Source of the DNA: an uncultured Chloroflexia bacterium
GTDB taxonomy: Bacteria > Chloroflexota > Anaerolineae > JAAYZQ01
Direction: 5' to 3'
Assembly (NCBI GenBank): GCA_963700285.1
Contig: CAVOXA010000001.1
Location: 128,001 to 192,000 of the forward strand
Length of the DNA stretch: 64,000 nt
In this document: positions 10,038 through 18,478 of the stretch, in pieces
How the letters are laid out: each line of letters opens with the position of its first letter
How positions within the stretch are numbered: the first letter of the stretch is position 1
Translations under genes and position numbers: made by a program
Notes under the pieces: generated by a model
What the model saw: only the letters and a program-made list of their open reading frames with translations
Database searches by the model: none
Told to the model about the DNA's origin: nothing

Positions 10038-10715
10038 TTAGTCTAACCTCAGACGCGCCTTGCGCTCGGCCAGTTGGGATTCCAGGGCACGCTGCTCCAA
10101 GACCTCGTCCATCTGGGCATCCAGGCTGCTGGCCTGCATCTCGCTCTGTGCCGTGGCCTTGTCCAGCCTGGCCCGGATCCCTTCGGCTACACGCGCGATG
10201 TCGTCGTCACCCGAACCAGTCAGGTCGTCCAGGGACTTGTAGGTCTTGGCCGTCAGCTCCTTGGAGCGAGCCAGATCCAGAAGGGCTTGCAGTTCCTCCC
10301 GTTCCTGCTTGACCTCGGTCAACTTGGCTTCCAGCTTCAGGCGGACTTCTTGCAGGCTTTGGAATTCGGCCTCTTGGCGTTCCAGTACTTGCTCGTAGTT
10401 CTGGATCAAGCGATTGGTCGAGTTCAGCCTGCTCTGGGCGGCCAAGGCCAGGTCATCTTTGCCCTCTCGCAGGAAAATGTCAATGTTGCGGTCGAGGTCG
10501 CTAGCCTTCTGGTCCAGAACTGTCTTCTTGCGGCGCAGAGTCTTGACTTCGCCGCCGACCGTAGCGACGGCGTCCTCCAAGTTCTCCAGGTTGTCTTCCA
10601 CCTCTCGAACGTACTGGTCAAAGACGGCCAAGGAGTTGGCCTTGAGTGCCACGTCTACCATCGCGTGCAGGTTGGCCGAAATCAGCGTCTGAACCTTTTC
10701 CAACAGGCTTGCCAT
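10038..10715 (-). CDS. pspA: PspA/IM30 (bacterial ESCRT-III-like) family protein
   Basis: 225 aa all-helical; amphipathic MASLLEKVQTLISANLHAMVD start; LREGKDDLALAA motif; C-terminal LESQLAERKARL; GGAGG RBS. Confidence 0.85.
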   Translation of the reverse strand: MASLLEKVQTLISANLHAMVDVALKANSLAVFDQYVREVEDNLENLEDAVATVGGEVKTLRRKKTVLDQKASDLDRNIDIFLREGKDDLALAAQSRLNSTNRLIQNYEQVLERQEAEFQSLQEVRLKLEAKLTEVKQEREELQALLDLARSKELTAKTYKSLDDLTGSGDDDIARVAEGIRARLDKATAQSEMQASSLDAQMDEVLEQRALESQLAERKARLRLD

Positions 10716-10817
10716 GAATTGTCCCTCCTACTCAACCTGATAGAAGATTCGTCTTTTCTGCCAAAGCCCTATGACGCCCCGCAAAAGAACGCCAGAGAAG
10801 AGCTTTTTCGTCGACTC

Positions 10818-10871
10818 ATTCTACCATTGACCGCCATGCCTTGCATGACCGGCTGCTGACAGCCTGCTGAC
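10818..10871 (-). promoter_or_regulatory. pspA operon promoter: TAGAAT -10 plus three GTCA direct repeats at 11-bp period (PhoB/OmpR-type boxes)
   Basis: Plus-strand TGAC at 10846, 10857, 10868; ATTCTA at 10818-10823; no consensus -35. Confidence 0.65.
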
Positions 10872-10980
10872 GATGGGGGGGCTCGGTCTGAAGACTGTCA
10901 CCCACTGTTTTCCAAGCATCGGCCCGAAAAAGGCTCTGCGTCCCGCTGATTGGGACTTGGAGCGACTGACAGCATAGGTT

Positions 10981-12357
10981 TTAGGACGTGACCAGCTTGT
11001 AGCCCCTCCCTCGTACGGTGACGATGTAGCGGGGGTTTCGCGGATCCGGTTCAAGCTTGGCCCGCAACCTGCTTAGCAGCTTGTCAATACGGGCATCGTC
11101 TACCTGGTCGATATACTCCTCGCCCCACACCGCTTCGACGATCTGGTACTTGTCACAGATTTTGTTCAGGCGGCCGTAGAGCAAGAGGAGCAGGCGGTAC
11201 TCGAGCTCGGTCAGGGTGGCGGTCTGGCGGCTATCCACCCAAACACTGCCACTTTCGACATCCACACGTACACCCTCGTGGCGCCGTCGTCGGGTCAGGC
11301 GCTGGCGACGGACAAAGCCTTCGAATACAGGGGAGAGGAGGATATCCTCCTCCCTGCGGATCAACCCCTTGTTCCGCAAGGAATCCAGTGTGCGTTCATC
11401 CAGGTCTTCTTCACTGCCAACAATGGTCATCAGTGCATCCTGCTGTACCTCGGTCAGGTCAGTCCATAGCTTGCGGCATTCGGCCTGAATATTGATGTCA
11501 CTGTCGAGTTGTTCTCGTACCTGACGGTGGATCAACCAGTCCTGGCCCTCATCCCGTACCGGCTCGCCGGTGACCTCGCCCAACGCCCGGCAGACAGCTA
11601 GCAACAATCCCTGGTGGCCGTCTGCGTGATGGTACAGAAAAGCCCGGTCTTGGTCGTCAAAAGTGTAGCCCTCCTGGATCGCGACCCAAGTGATGATTTG
11701 ATCCACGTCGGCCCTGTTCAGCGGCCCAAGGAAACGCGTAAATGGCTGAAACAGCTCAACGAATTCATCCACATCCCTCCCGCGGCGGATGTTCGATAGC
11801 CTACGGTTGGTGGCCGTCACATAGTTCAGCCGTTCGCGATACTTGTCCTTGAGCGCCCGGAGATTCAAAAAGGCCCGCCCGTCGATCTGCTCAAAGGGTT
11901 CGTCGAACTCGTCAAAGAGCAGCACCAGGTTCCTGGTCGCCTCCCGGCACACGGCCGTCAGCCCCTCACTGAAACTGAGCGAGATCTGAAAAACGGTGGG
12001 CGGGGAAACCAACGTCTGGTATGCGCTCTGCAACTGGGGCAAGAACTCTGCACTGGGATCCTGGATCGTCAACTCTTCCAGCAGGCAGCGCAGAATGAGT
12101 TCGTAGAACCCTTGCTCGGACGCCTCCAGCATCAAGTTAAAATCCACATAGACAAAGATTCGTTCGTCATCATCAAGGCGAGTGGGTCTGGCGGATTGGT
12201 CGTCCAGCAACCAATCCCTGGTCTCAAGGCGAGCCAGCGAGCGCAACAAATGCGACTTGCCCGTGTTGCTCAGGCCAACCACGGCACAGCAATCGCCTTC
12301 GGTAATCCTCTGCAGGATGTAAGTGCTGTCTTCCTGACGCAGTCTATCTGGTAGCAT
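10981..12357 (-). CDS. P-loop ATPase (STAND/AAA-like) fused to a C-terminal OmpR/PhoB-type winged-helix DNA-binding domain
   Basis: Walker A GLSNTGKS, Walker B LLFDEFD; C-terminal LTELEYRLL...SRLRAKLEPDPRNPRYIVTVRGRGYKL; no receiver domain. Confidence 0.85.
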   Translation of the reverse strand: MLPDRLRQEDSTYILQRITEGDCCAVVGLSNTGKSHLLRSLARLETRDWLLDDQSARPTRLDDDERIFVYVDFNLMLEASEQGFYELILRCLLEELTIQDPSAEFLPQLQSAYQTLVSPPTVFQISLSFSEGLTAVCREATRNLVLLFDEFDEPFEQIDGRAFLNLRALKDKYRERLNYVTATNRRLSNIRRGRDVDEFVELFQPFTRFLGPLNRADVDQIITWVAIQEGYTFDDQDRAFLYHHADGHQGLLLAVCRALGEVTGEPVRDEGQDWLIHRQVREQLDSDINIQAECRKLWTDLTEVQQDALMTIVGSEEDLDERTLDSLRNKGLIRREEDILLSPVFEGFVRRQRLTRRRRHEGVRVDVESGSVWVDSRQTATLTELEYRLLLLLYGRLNKICDKYQIVEAVWGEEYIDQVDDARIDKLLSRLRAKLEPDPRNPRYIVTVRGRGYKLVTS

Positions 12358-12489
12358 CTCTCTCTCTTTCGGCCCAAGTCAAGATACGACCTGGCCCCAT
12401 CCTTTCCTGTAGCGCAAAGTACCGGCTCGGGACAAGGGGCTATCCCCGCCACGGGGCGGCAGGCCCGAAAATCGCGCCCAGATCAGAGA

Positions 12490-13602
12490 TCAGCGGACAA
12501 GCCCAAGGTTGGCCAGTAGGATGCAGGCCAACTCACCGCCATCCAATTCTACCACAGCGACCGGCAATCTGATACCCGAGTCAACCCTCTGTGGCAAGGC
12601 AGGCAGTTCGAGTACTGTGCCCACCACCCCCTGGTAGGGCGCCCGCAAGCCCCGGACGCGCATCCCCACCTGTACCGGTCGGGGATCGGGCTCCTGCGGT
12701 TCTGCATCCTGGGCTGCGTCGCAGGGTATGAACACATTTGGACGCCTACTTTCCCAGCCTGACGGGCCATCTGCGGTGATCGCCGCATTGCGCCCTTCAT
12801 TGGCCTGAAACAAGGTGAAGGCTTCGTGACGCATGCCAAATGCCCCGAACCCTTCGGTCACCAATACGGGGCAGGGCAACGCTTCTAGCCGTGGACGCAG
12901 CCCAGCGTCCACGCTTCCCACGACCAGTCCCCCAATCTGGGTGTCTACTGCCTTGTCCAGGGCTGCTTCGTCCATGATGGCTCCGCCCACTGCCAAGGTC
13001 TTGTGGCCGTATCTGGGGCTGTCGCCGGGACCATCGCCGGTATCTTCCGCGTCAAACGAATCGGCCGTCAGCAGCTGCTCGGGTTCATCTACCAGTACTC
13101 GAAGTATGCCAGCGGCCTCACCACCACTCCCCCACAAGCCCTGGATCAATGCTCCTACCGCGGAGATGACCGCGCCTCGTCCAGGGACAACGTCCGTGAC
13201 GCGTCCGGTGATTTGAGATCGCAGCTCAAGCGTGGTGGCTTCCGCTTCGACCAGGACCGCGCCGTGGCGTATGGCCACCACCTGTCCATCCACTGGTGCC
13301 TGGCAGCGGCGGCTCCGCCAACTGAACCGGCTCTCTCGTTCCGCCAGTACGTCGTTGGCCCGGACAAGGTCACCGACGTTCTGCCTCACATACTGAACGA
13401 CCTGCTCACGGTTGATACCCAGAGCCAGGCTCACATCAGCTACCCAGACTTTGCCTGGCATCTGGCAACGGGCTATTGTGCCGCCTGGTTCTACCCCGTC
13501 GCCCGGCTGTACCAAGACCTCTCCAGGAACGGGCAGGAGTCGTTCTCGCCGGATGATTGTCAGGGGCAAGCTCTGAGACCCTGCGGAATAGCAGGTGGGC
13601 AT
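12490..13602 (-). CDS. Hypothetical protein with barrel-sandwich-hybrid-like and C-terminal KOW-like segments; downstream partner of the GlmL-like gene
   Basis: PGEVLVQPGDGV, APVDGQVVAI, IQGLWGSG, VLVTEGFG, VGMRVR..RAPYQGVVGTV. Confidence 0.7.
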   Translation of the reverse strand: MPTCYSAGSQSLPLTIIRRERLLPVPGEVLVQPGDGVEPGGTIARCQMPGKVWVADVSLALGINREQVVQYVRQNVGDLVRANDVLAERESRFSWRSRRCQAPVDGQVVAIRHGAVLVEAEATTLELRSQITGRVTDVVPGRGAVISAVGALIQGLWGSGGEAAGILRVLVDEPEQLLTADSFDAEDTGDGPGDSPRYGHKTLAVGGAIMDEAALDKAVDTQIGGLVVGSVDAGLRPRLEALPCPVLVTEGFGAFGMRHEAFTLFQANEGRNAAITADGPSGWESRRPNVFIPCDAAQDAEPQEPDPRPVQVGMRVRGLRAPYQGVVGTVLELPALPQRVDSGIRLPVAVVELDGGELACILLANLGLVR

Positions 13603-13706
13603 TTCTTCTCCGAAAGGTTTGCGGTACAGCCAGCTTTCCAGCCGATACAGTCCTGTCCGGTTGCGGTTCTGAAAATACAGGACATCGACCCCGACCTACA
13701 GCCTCG

Positions 13707-16118
13707 CTAGAACGTCTGCGACCCGATGTCTGATAGCCAGCGTTGCATTCTTGCCTGCTGTTCTCCGGGATCCTTGGTCCGGAGCAGGGGCCGTCCCCGT
13801 GCATCGATAATGACCCCCAAAGCGCCACCTTCGACCTCTTTTGTTACAGCCTGTCCTCTGGCCCCCATGCCCAAGGCGAAACGATTGGTAGGCCGGATCT
13901 CCAAGATTGCCCTGTGTCCGGCAGGCAATGGGAGTACTTTGAGCGAGCCAAATGGCACCCTCGCTTCCATGGCTCGACCATCTTTATACTCGATCTTGAC
14001 GGTCAGGGCAACTTTTCCCTCACGCGCTGTTCCCATGGGCGCCACCACGGTCCCCAGCCTCAGCAGGGCATCCCGCTCCAGTACTTGCAGGGCTGCCAAG
14101 GGGCTAACTGCTGCCACTGCACCTACGGCGGCTGCCAAGCCCAAACGATCCAAGGCCAGGCTGCTCATGCCCACCGGCTGCAGCCCATCGAGCAGAATGA
14201 GGGCTGCCAGACCAGGATGAGGGGCGCTGCCCAGTACCCCCCCCGCTCCAATGATCAGGTCGAACTGCGGTGTCGAGCCCGGGTGCGGAGCTGGCCCATT
14301 GGCGCGCTCTTGGGCGCAAGCGGTCATGGTCCAGCCCAAGATCTCACGGGCGATGGCCTGTTCCAGGAACAGATCCTGACGTGTCTGGGGCAGCGTGTGC
14401 GGGTGCAGTTCTTTGTTGTACAGTGCGTTGCGGGCCTCGGTTGCGTCCAGATGAAAGGGCAGCCAGCCCAGCAGCGACTCTAGCGGTACGTGGTCTAGGA
14501 TTCGGGCAGCCTGGTGGCTGGTACCCAGCTCACCGCATATGAACAGGTCAGGCAGCCTGTCCACCATGGTTGCCACTGCCGTTGTCGCGCCGCCCACATC
14601 CACGGCCAGGATATTGGCCAGATCTTTGTCAGGCTGCGCCAAACGCGCTCTGCTGTACTGGGCGAGATACTGGACTGTGAAGGCCAGTGCCCCGGCCGTT
14701 GGCAGCATCTGGGCAGAACTCCATGCTGCCATTGACCTATAGCCCGGCAAGTACTTTGTCGTATGCTGGTCGTGCAGGTCTTTAACAACGGCCCGAAGGG
14801 GGCCGAGATTCTCCATTTCCGCACTGGGCCGTACATCCTCCACGACCTGTAGTCTGGTGGCATCGCCGACAATACGGGATACTTCCTGCTGTAGAGATCG
14901 ATTGCCAGCATAGATGATAGGCGGGCAGCCAGCCGGCGCTCGCAGTGCATTGCAGGCCACGGTCATTGCCTCCACCGACCTCAGTATCGGTTCGCAACCG
15001 GTGCCAGCCTCACCACCTATCACCACAATGGCATCCGGGATTAGCTCTTGGACCAATCGGACCTGGCTTTCAATGTCCTCAGCAAGGACGTTTCCTGTCC
15101 GCCCATCCGCAATGACGAGACCCTCGATCACGGCATAGGAAAGGGACAAGGCGCGTCGGGCGCTTTCCACGGGTGCCTTATGGGTGGGGGCCGCCAGCAA
15201 AAGCCGTAGTGGGCCACTGGCGCTGGTGGTGAGCACCACTGCGTCTACCCCACCTCCTTGCCCTTCGGGACTGATGATTTGCCCCAGATCGTCCAGGATC
15301 CGCACACCAGTCATGCTGACCATCTGGCCCAGTGCCTGCCGGGCCGAGATGGCCATATCACTCCAAGGGGGCTGGAAGCTGCTGGGCGCTTTGGCCCAGG
15401 CGATCAGGCGGAACTCGTCCTCGACCAAGCCAATGAGGAAAGCTCGAGTCAGCGTGCTGCCACAATCAATGGCCAGGATCGACTCGATGGGATCACAAGG
15501 GGTAGTACTTGTTGTCCTATCATTCGCTCGCTCAGGTGATTGCACGAGCTGGGCACCGATTTCCGGCACCGTCCCTGCCGGCAGCGTCACAATCTCGGAA
15601 AAGTGGCGTGCAGCGTCCAAAATTCTTGCATGGCTCGCGCCAGCATCCTGGAAGCTATTCTCCGTGGAGCTAGATTTGGCCATCGCTCGCGAGGGAGACT
15701 GTGCTATCCAGTCCCCTACGGGCAATGGATCCTGAATGCCAGCCAGCAGATTGGATCCCGCAGAGATGAACCTGGGCACTGAAAACTCTATCCCCCCTTC
15801 CGCCATCAATGGACCGGGTGAGAGGGAAGGGTCCTCATCAGGTGGAGGGAGGTCTGCCAACCATGCTGGAGTCCCACTGCTATCCTTGAGAGAGGCAGGC
15901 AGGCTGTCCTCTTGTGCGGTCTGAGGATCTGTGACCTCCACAGAATGCGACGGTGATAATTGTTCCCCGCACTCGTTACAGAGTGCGTCGGCAATAGGGT
16001 TCAGCGCCCCACACCGGGAACACTTGATCTGCATCGAGAGATCGAACTTGACCCCACACTCGTTGCAGTAATTGCTACCGCGGCGGTTAGCGGTCCCGCA
16101 AAGGGGACAGTAGATCAT
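13707..16118 (-). CDS. GlmL-family (glutamate mutase L-like) ASKHA ATPase with an N-terminal double zinc ribbon
   Basis: AIDCGSTLT, AVDVGGATT, IIGAGGVL, IIDARGRP; N-terminal CPLC..CNEC..CSRC..CNEC; start set at ATG 16118 after GAGG. Confidence 0.8.
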   Translation of the reverse strand: MIYCPLCGTANRRGSNYCNECGVKFDLSMQIKCSRCGALNPIADALCNECGEQLSPSHSVEVTDPQTAQEDSLPASLKDSSGTPAWLADLPPPDEDPSLSPGPLMAEGGIEFSVPRFISAGSNLLAGIQDPLPVGDWIAQSPSRAMAKSSSTENSFQDAGASHARILDAARHFSEIVTLPAGTVPEIGAQLVQSPERANDRTTSTTPCDPIESILAIDCGSTLTRAFLIGLVEDEFRLIAWAKAPSSFQPPWSDMAISARQALGQMVSMTGVRILDDLGQIISPEGQGGGVDAVVLTTSASGPLRLLLAAPTHKAPVESARRALSLSYAVIEGLVIADGRTGNVLAEDIESQVRLVQELIPDAIVVIGGEAGTGCEPILRSVEAMTVACNALRAPAGCPPIIYAGNRSLQQEVSRIVGDATRLQVVEDVRPSAEMENLGPLRAVVKDLHDQHTTKYLPGYRSMAAWSSAQMLPTAGALAFTVQYLAQYSRARLAQPDKDLANILAVDVGGATTAVATMVDRLPDLFICGELGTSHQAARILDHVPLESLLGWLPFHLDATEARNALYNKELHPHTLPQTRQDLFLEQAIAREILGWTMTACAQERANGPAPHPGSTPQFDLIIGAGGVLGSAPHPGLAALILLDGLQPVGMSSLALDRLGLAAAVGAVAAVSPLAALQVLERDALLRLGTVVAPMGTAREGKVALTVKIEYKDGRAMEARVPFGSLKVLPLPAGHRAILEIRPTNRFALGMGARGQAVTKEVEGGALGVIIDARGRPLLRTKDPGEQQARMQRWLSDIGSQTF

Positions 16119-16429
16119 CTTAGCCTCGATCTGGTCCAGGACTCGGGTACCCATGTACCTGTGATGACACATGGGTTGCCGCTGTGAGACTGGCCCCGCC
16201 TGCATGTTCGCCTGGTCTAGAAGCTCTTGGAGTTATCCGCTGGGTTCTTGTTTTGGCTCTCACAATGTCAGCCGGATGACAGCCGTGAGAGCAAAGTATA
16301 CCATGCCTCAGCCTGTTGGGCAAGTTGCTTTTGGAAACGTGGGATATCGCACCCGCAGGCACGTCAGCATCCTCGCTCCTTGAAGGGTTTCTAACCGTAC
16401 CTGGGGGAAACAGAAATGCCGTGAAGGAT

Positions 16430-16458
16430 TTGACACGGAAGGATGAGAGGAGTATAAT
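16430..16458 (+). promoter_or_regulatory. Consensus sigma70 promoter for mgtE
   Basis: TTGACA-17 bp-TATAAT. Confidence 0.8.
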
Positions 16459-16510
16459 CTTCTCCAGGATGAAAGAGATGGAAGCGGACGACGGGTCCGC
16501 AGCGCATAGC

Positions 16511-16617
16511 AGGAGACGTATGTCCCGTCACCAGGCTATCAACCACATAGCTTAGCCCCCCGGAAGGCCACCAGATCTTTGTGCTCTGAGCCTCCGGGAG
16601 GGTTTGTTCCCGGAGGC
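16511..16617 (+). promoter_or_regulatory. Candidate mgtE leader: uORF MSRHQAINHIA plus an SD-sequestering hairpin
   Basis: AGGAGA then ATG 16520 to TAG 16555; 10-bp stem GCCTCCGGGA/TCCCGGAGGC (16590-16617) contains the mgtE GGAGG. Confidence 0.5.
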
Positions 16618-16623
16618 GATCTC

Positions 16624-17988
16624 ATGGATACTTTCGTCATGGATGATGTCTTGGCGCAGGTGCGGATCGCGCTGGAGCGCGACGACCTGGCTGGCGCGGC
16701 TGCTGTGATCGAGGCCCTGCAGCCAGCCGACCAAGCTGACCTGGTAGAGGAACTGACTGATGCTGACCAAGTTGCATTGCTCAGCCAGCTCGATCCTGCC
16801 GATTCGGCCAACGTCCTAGAAGAGATGGAGGACGGGGACGCGGCAGCCCTGGCAGAACGACTCCCCGTGGCCGATCTGGCTGACATCCTGGATGCAATGG
16901 AGGCAGACGAGGCGGCTGACGTCTTGGGAGACCTGTCGCCGGAGCTGGCCGCCGAGGCCATGCGTGAGATGGAGGAGGCCGAAGATGTTCTCTCCCTGCT
17001 GCGCTATCCGGACGACACGGCGGGTGGCCTGATGACGCCGGCCGTCGTCACGCTGCGAAGGGACTGGCGAGCCGAGAATGCCTTGCAGGAGTTGCGCCGT
17101 GCCGAGCCCGCTGCGGATAGCGTCTTTTATCTATTTGTGACAGACACTGAAGGAACCTTGAAGGGAGTCGTGGGCCTGCGCGACCTGGTAGTCGCTGCGC
17201 CAGAGACCACCATTGAAGCGATGATGGATCCCAACGTCGTCTCGGTTCCGGTCACTGCTGACCAGGAGGTCTGTGCCCGTACGCTCTCCCGCTACGGGTT
17301 CCTGGCCCTGCCCGTGGTCGACGAGATAGGCCGGTTGGTGGGTGTGATCACCGCCGACGACTTGATCGAGGTGGCCGAGGACGAGGCTACAGAGGACATG
17401 TATCGGATGGTGGGCATCACCGGCGAAGAGCAGGTCTGGGGACCGCTGCATGCTTCGGTGCTCAAGCGACTGCCCTGGCTGGCGATCAACATGGTGACCC
17501 TATTCGTGGCCATCACCGTGGTAGACTTTTTTGAGCCGGTCATCGCTGGGATGGTGATCTTGGCTGTCTTTCTGCCACTGGTGTCTGGTGAGGGGGGCAA
17601 TGCCGGCAGCCAGACCACGACGGTGATCGTGCGAGGTATGGCTCTAGGAGAGGTAGACGAGAACAATGGACTCCGCACGCTCAGAAAAGAATTTGCAGCG
17701 GCGCTGATCAACGGCACGGTTATTGGGTTGGGGACCGGGCTGGCCATCTATTTTTGGAAAGGAGAGTGGGTGATCTCCCTGGCGGTCACGCTGGCCATGA
17801 TCCTCAATTTTCTGATGGCCGCCCTGGCCGGTGTACTGGTACCTCTGGGATTGAAGGCCGCCAAGGTGGATCCGGCGCTAGCTTCGGCCGCCTTTGTCAC
17901 CGGCATCACCGACACGATGGGCTTTCTCTTTTTCCTGGGGATCGCGACGCTCCTGATGGCCGCCGTGTCAGCCTATACCGGGGGCTGA
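16624..17988 (+). CDS. mgtE: Magnesium transporter MgtE
   Basis: Acidic N-domain, YPDDTAGGLM plus CBS pair, KRLPWL, GGNAGSQT, DPALAS motifs. Confidence 0.93.
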   Translation: MDTFVMDDVLAQVRIALERDDLAGAAAVIEALQPADQADLVEELTDADQVALLSQLDPADSANVLEEMEDGDAAALAERLPVADLADILDAMEADEAADVLGDLSPELAAEAMREMEEAEDVLSLLRYPDDTAGGLMTPAVVTLRRDWRAENALQELRRAEPAADSVFYLFVTDTEGTLKGVVGLRDLVVAAPETTIEAMMDPNVVSVPVTADQEVCARTLSRYGFLALPVVDEIGRLVGVITADDLIEVAEDEATEDMYRMVGITGEEQVWGPLHASVLKRLPWLAINMVTLFVAITVVDFFEPVIAGMVILAVFLPLVSGEGGNAGSQTTTVIVRGMALGEVDENNGLRTLRKEFAAALINGTVIGLGTGLAIYFWKGEWVISLAVTLAMILNFLMAALAGVLVPLGLKAAKVDPALASAAFVTGITDTMGFLFFLGIATLLMAAVSAYTGG

Positions 17989-18021
17989 TTCCACCGGGGA
18001 CGCCGGGAAGATGACCGGCTG

Positions 18022-18474
18022 TTAAACATCAAGCCAGCGACCATGGGTCTCGCCACTGCTGCGAAAGTCGATGCCCGAACCATAGATCTGCCAAATGATG
18101 GCGTACCGATCCCGAAAGGTGAGGGATTTGGGCCTGTCCTCCCATAACTCGGCGTCCGAGGGCAGCCGTTTCCGGATGCGGGAGATTTCTCGGGGTGGCA
18201 TGTTGAGGCCGACCATATAGATCTGGCCGGGTTGGGGGTTCCCCGGGAACAGGGCCAGCACCAGAGACCCGCGCCTGAGCGCAAGCATATTTAGCTCAAT
18301 CCCCGCAGCTTCAGCATCCTCCCATGTCTTGTCAGGAGGCAAAGTATACCACAGGTTGTCCTCCAGATGGGCCTCGCGGCCGATGAGGTCCATCCCAAAA
18401 AGGCGCTGGTAGTACTGTTCAGCTTCCCGGAGGTCGGGGACGAATAGGGCGATGTGTCTGACTGTTGCGGCCAT
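18022..18474 (-). CDS. VOC (glyoxalase-like) family protein
   Basis: VRHIALFVPDLREAEQYYQRLFG and FRDRYAIIWQI; AGGAG RBS. Confidence 0.75.
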   Translation of the reverse strand: MAATVRHIALFVPDLREAEQYYQRLFGMDLIGREAHLEDNLWYTLPPDKTWEDAEAAGIELNMLALRRGSLVLALFPGNPQPGQIYMVGLNMPPREISRIRKRLPSDAELWEDRPKSLTFRDRYAIIWQIYGSGIDFRSSGETHGRWLDV

Positions 18475-18478
18475 CTCG

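Noticed and set aside
16266-16281. TGTCA-N6-TGACA inverted repeat upstream of the GlmL-like gene
   Set aside because: Single short palindrome with no second instance; could be chance
16460-16620. M-box or yybP-ykoY riboswitch upstream of mgtE
   Set aside because: Hallmark conserved sequences not recognisable; reported as a uORF attenuator candidate instead
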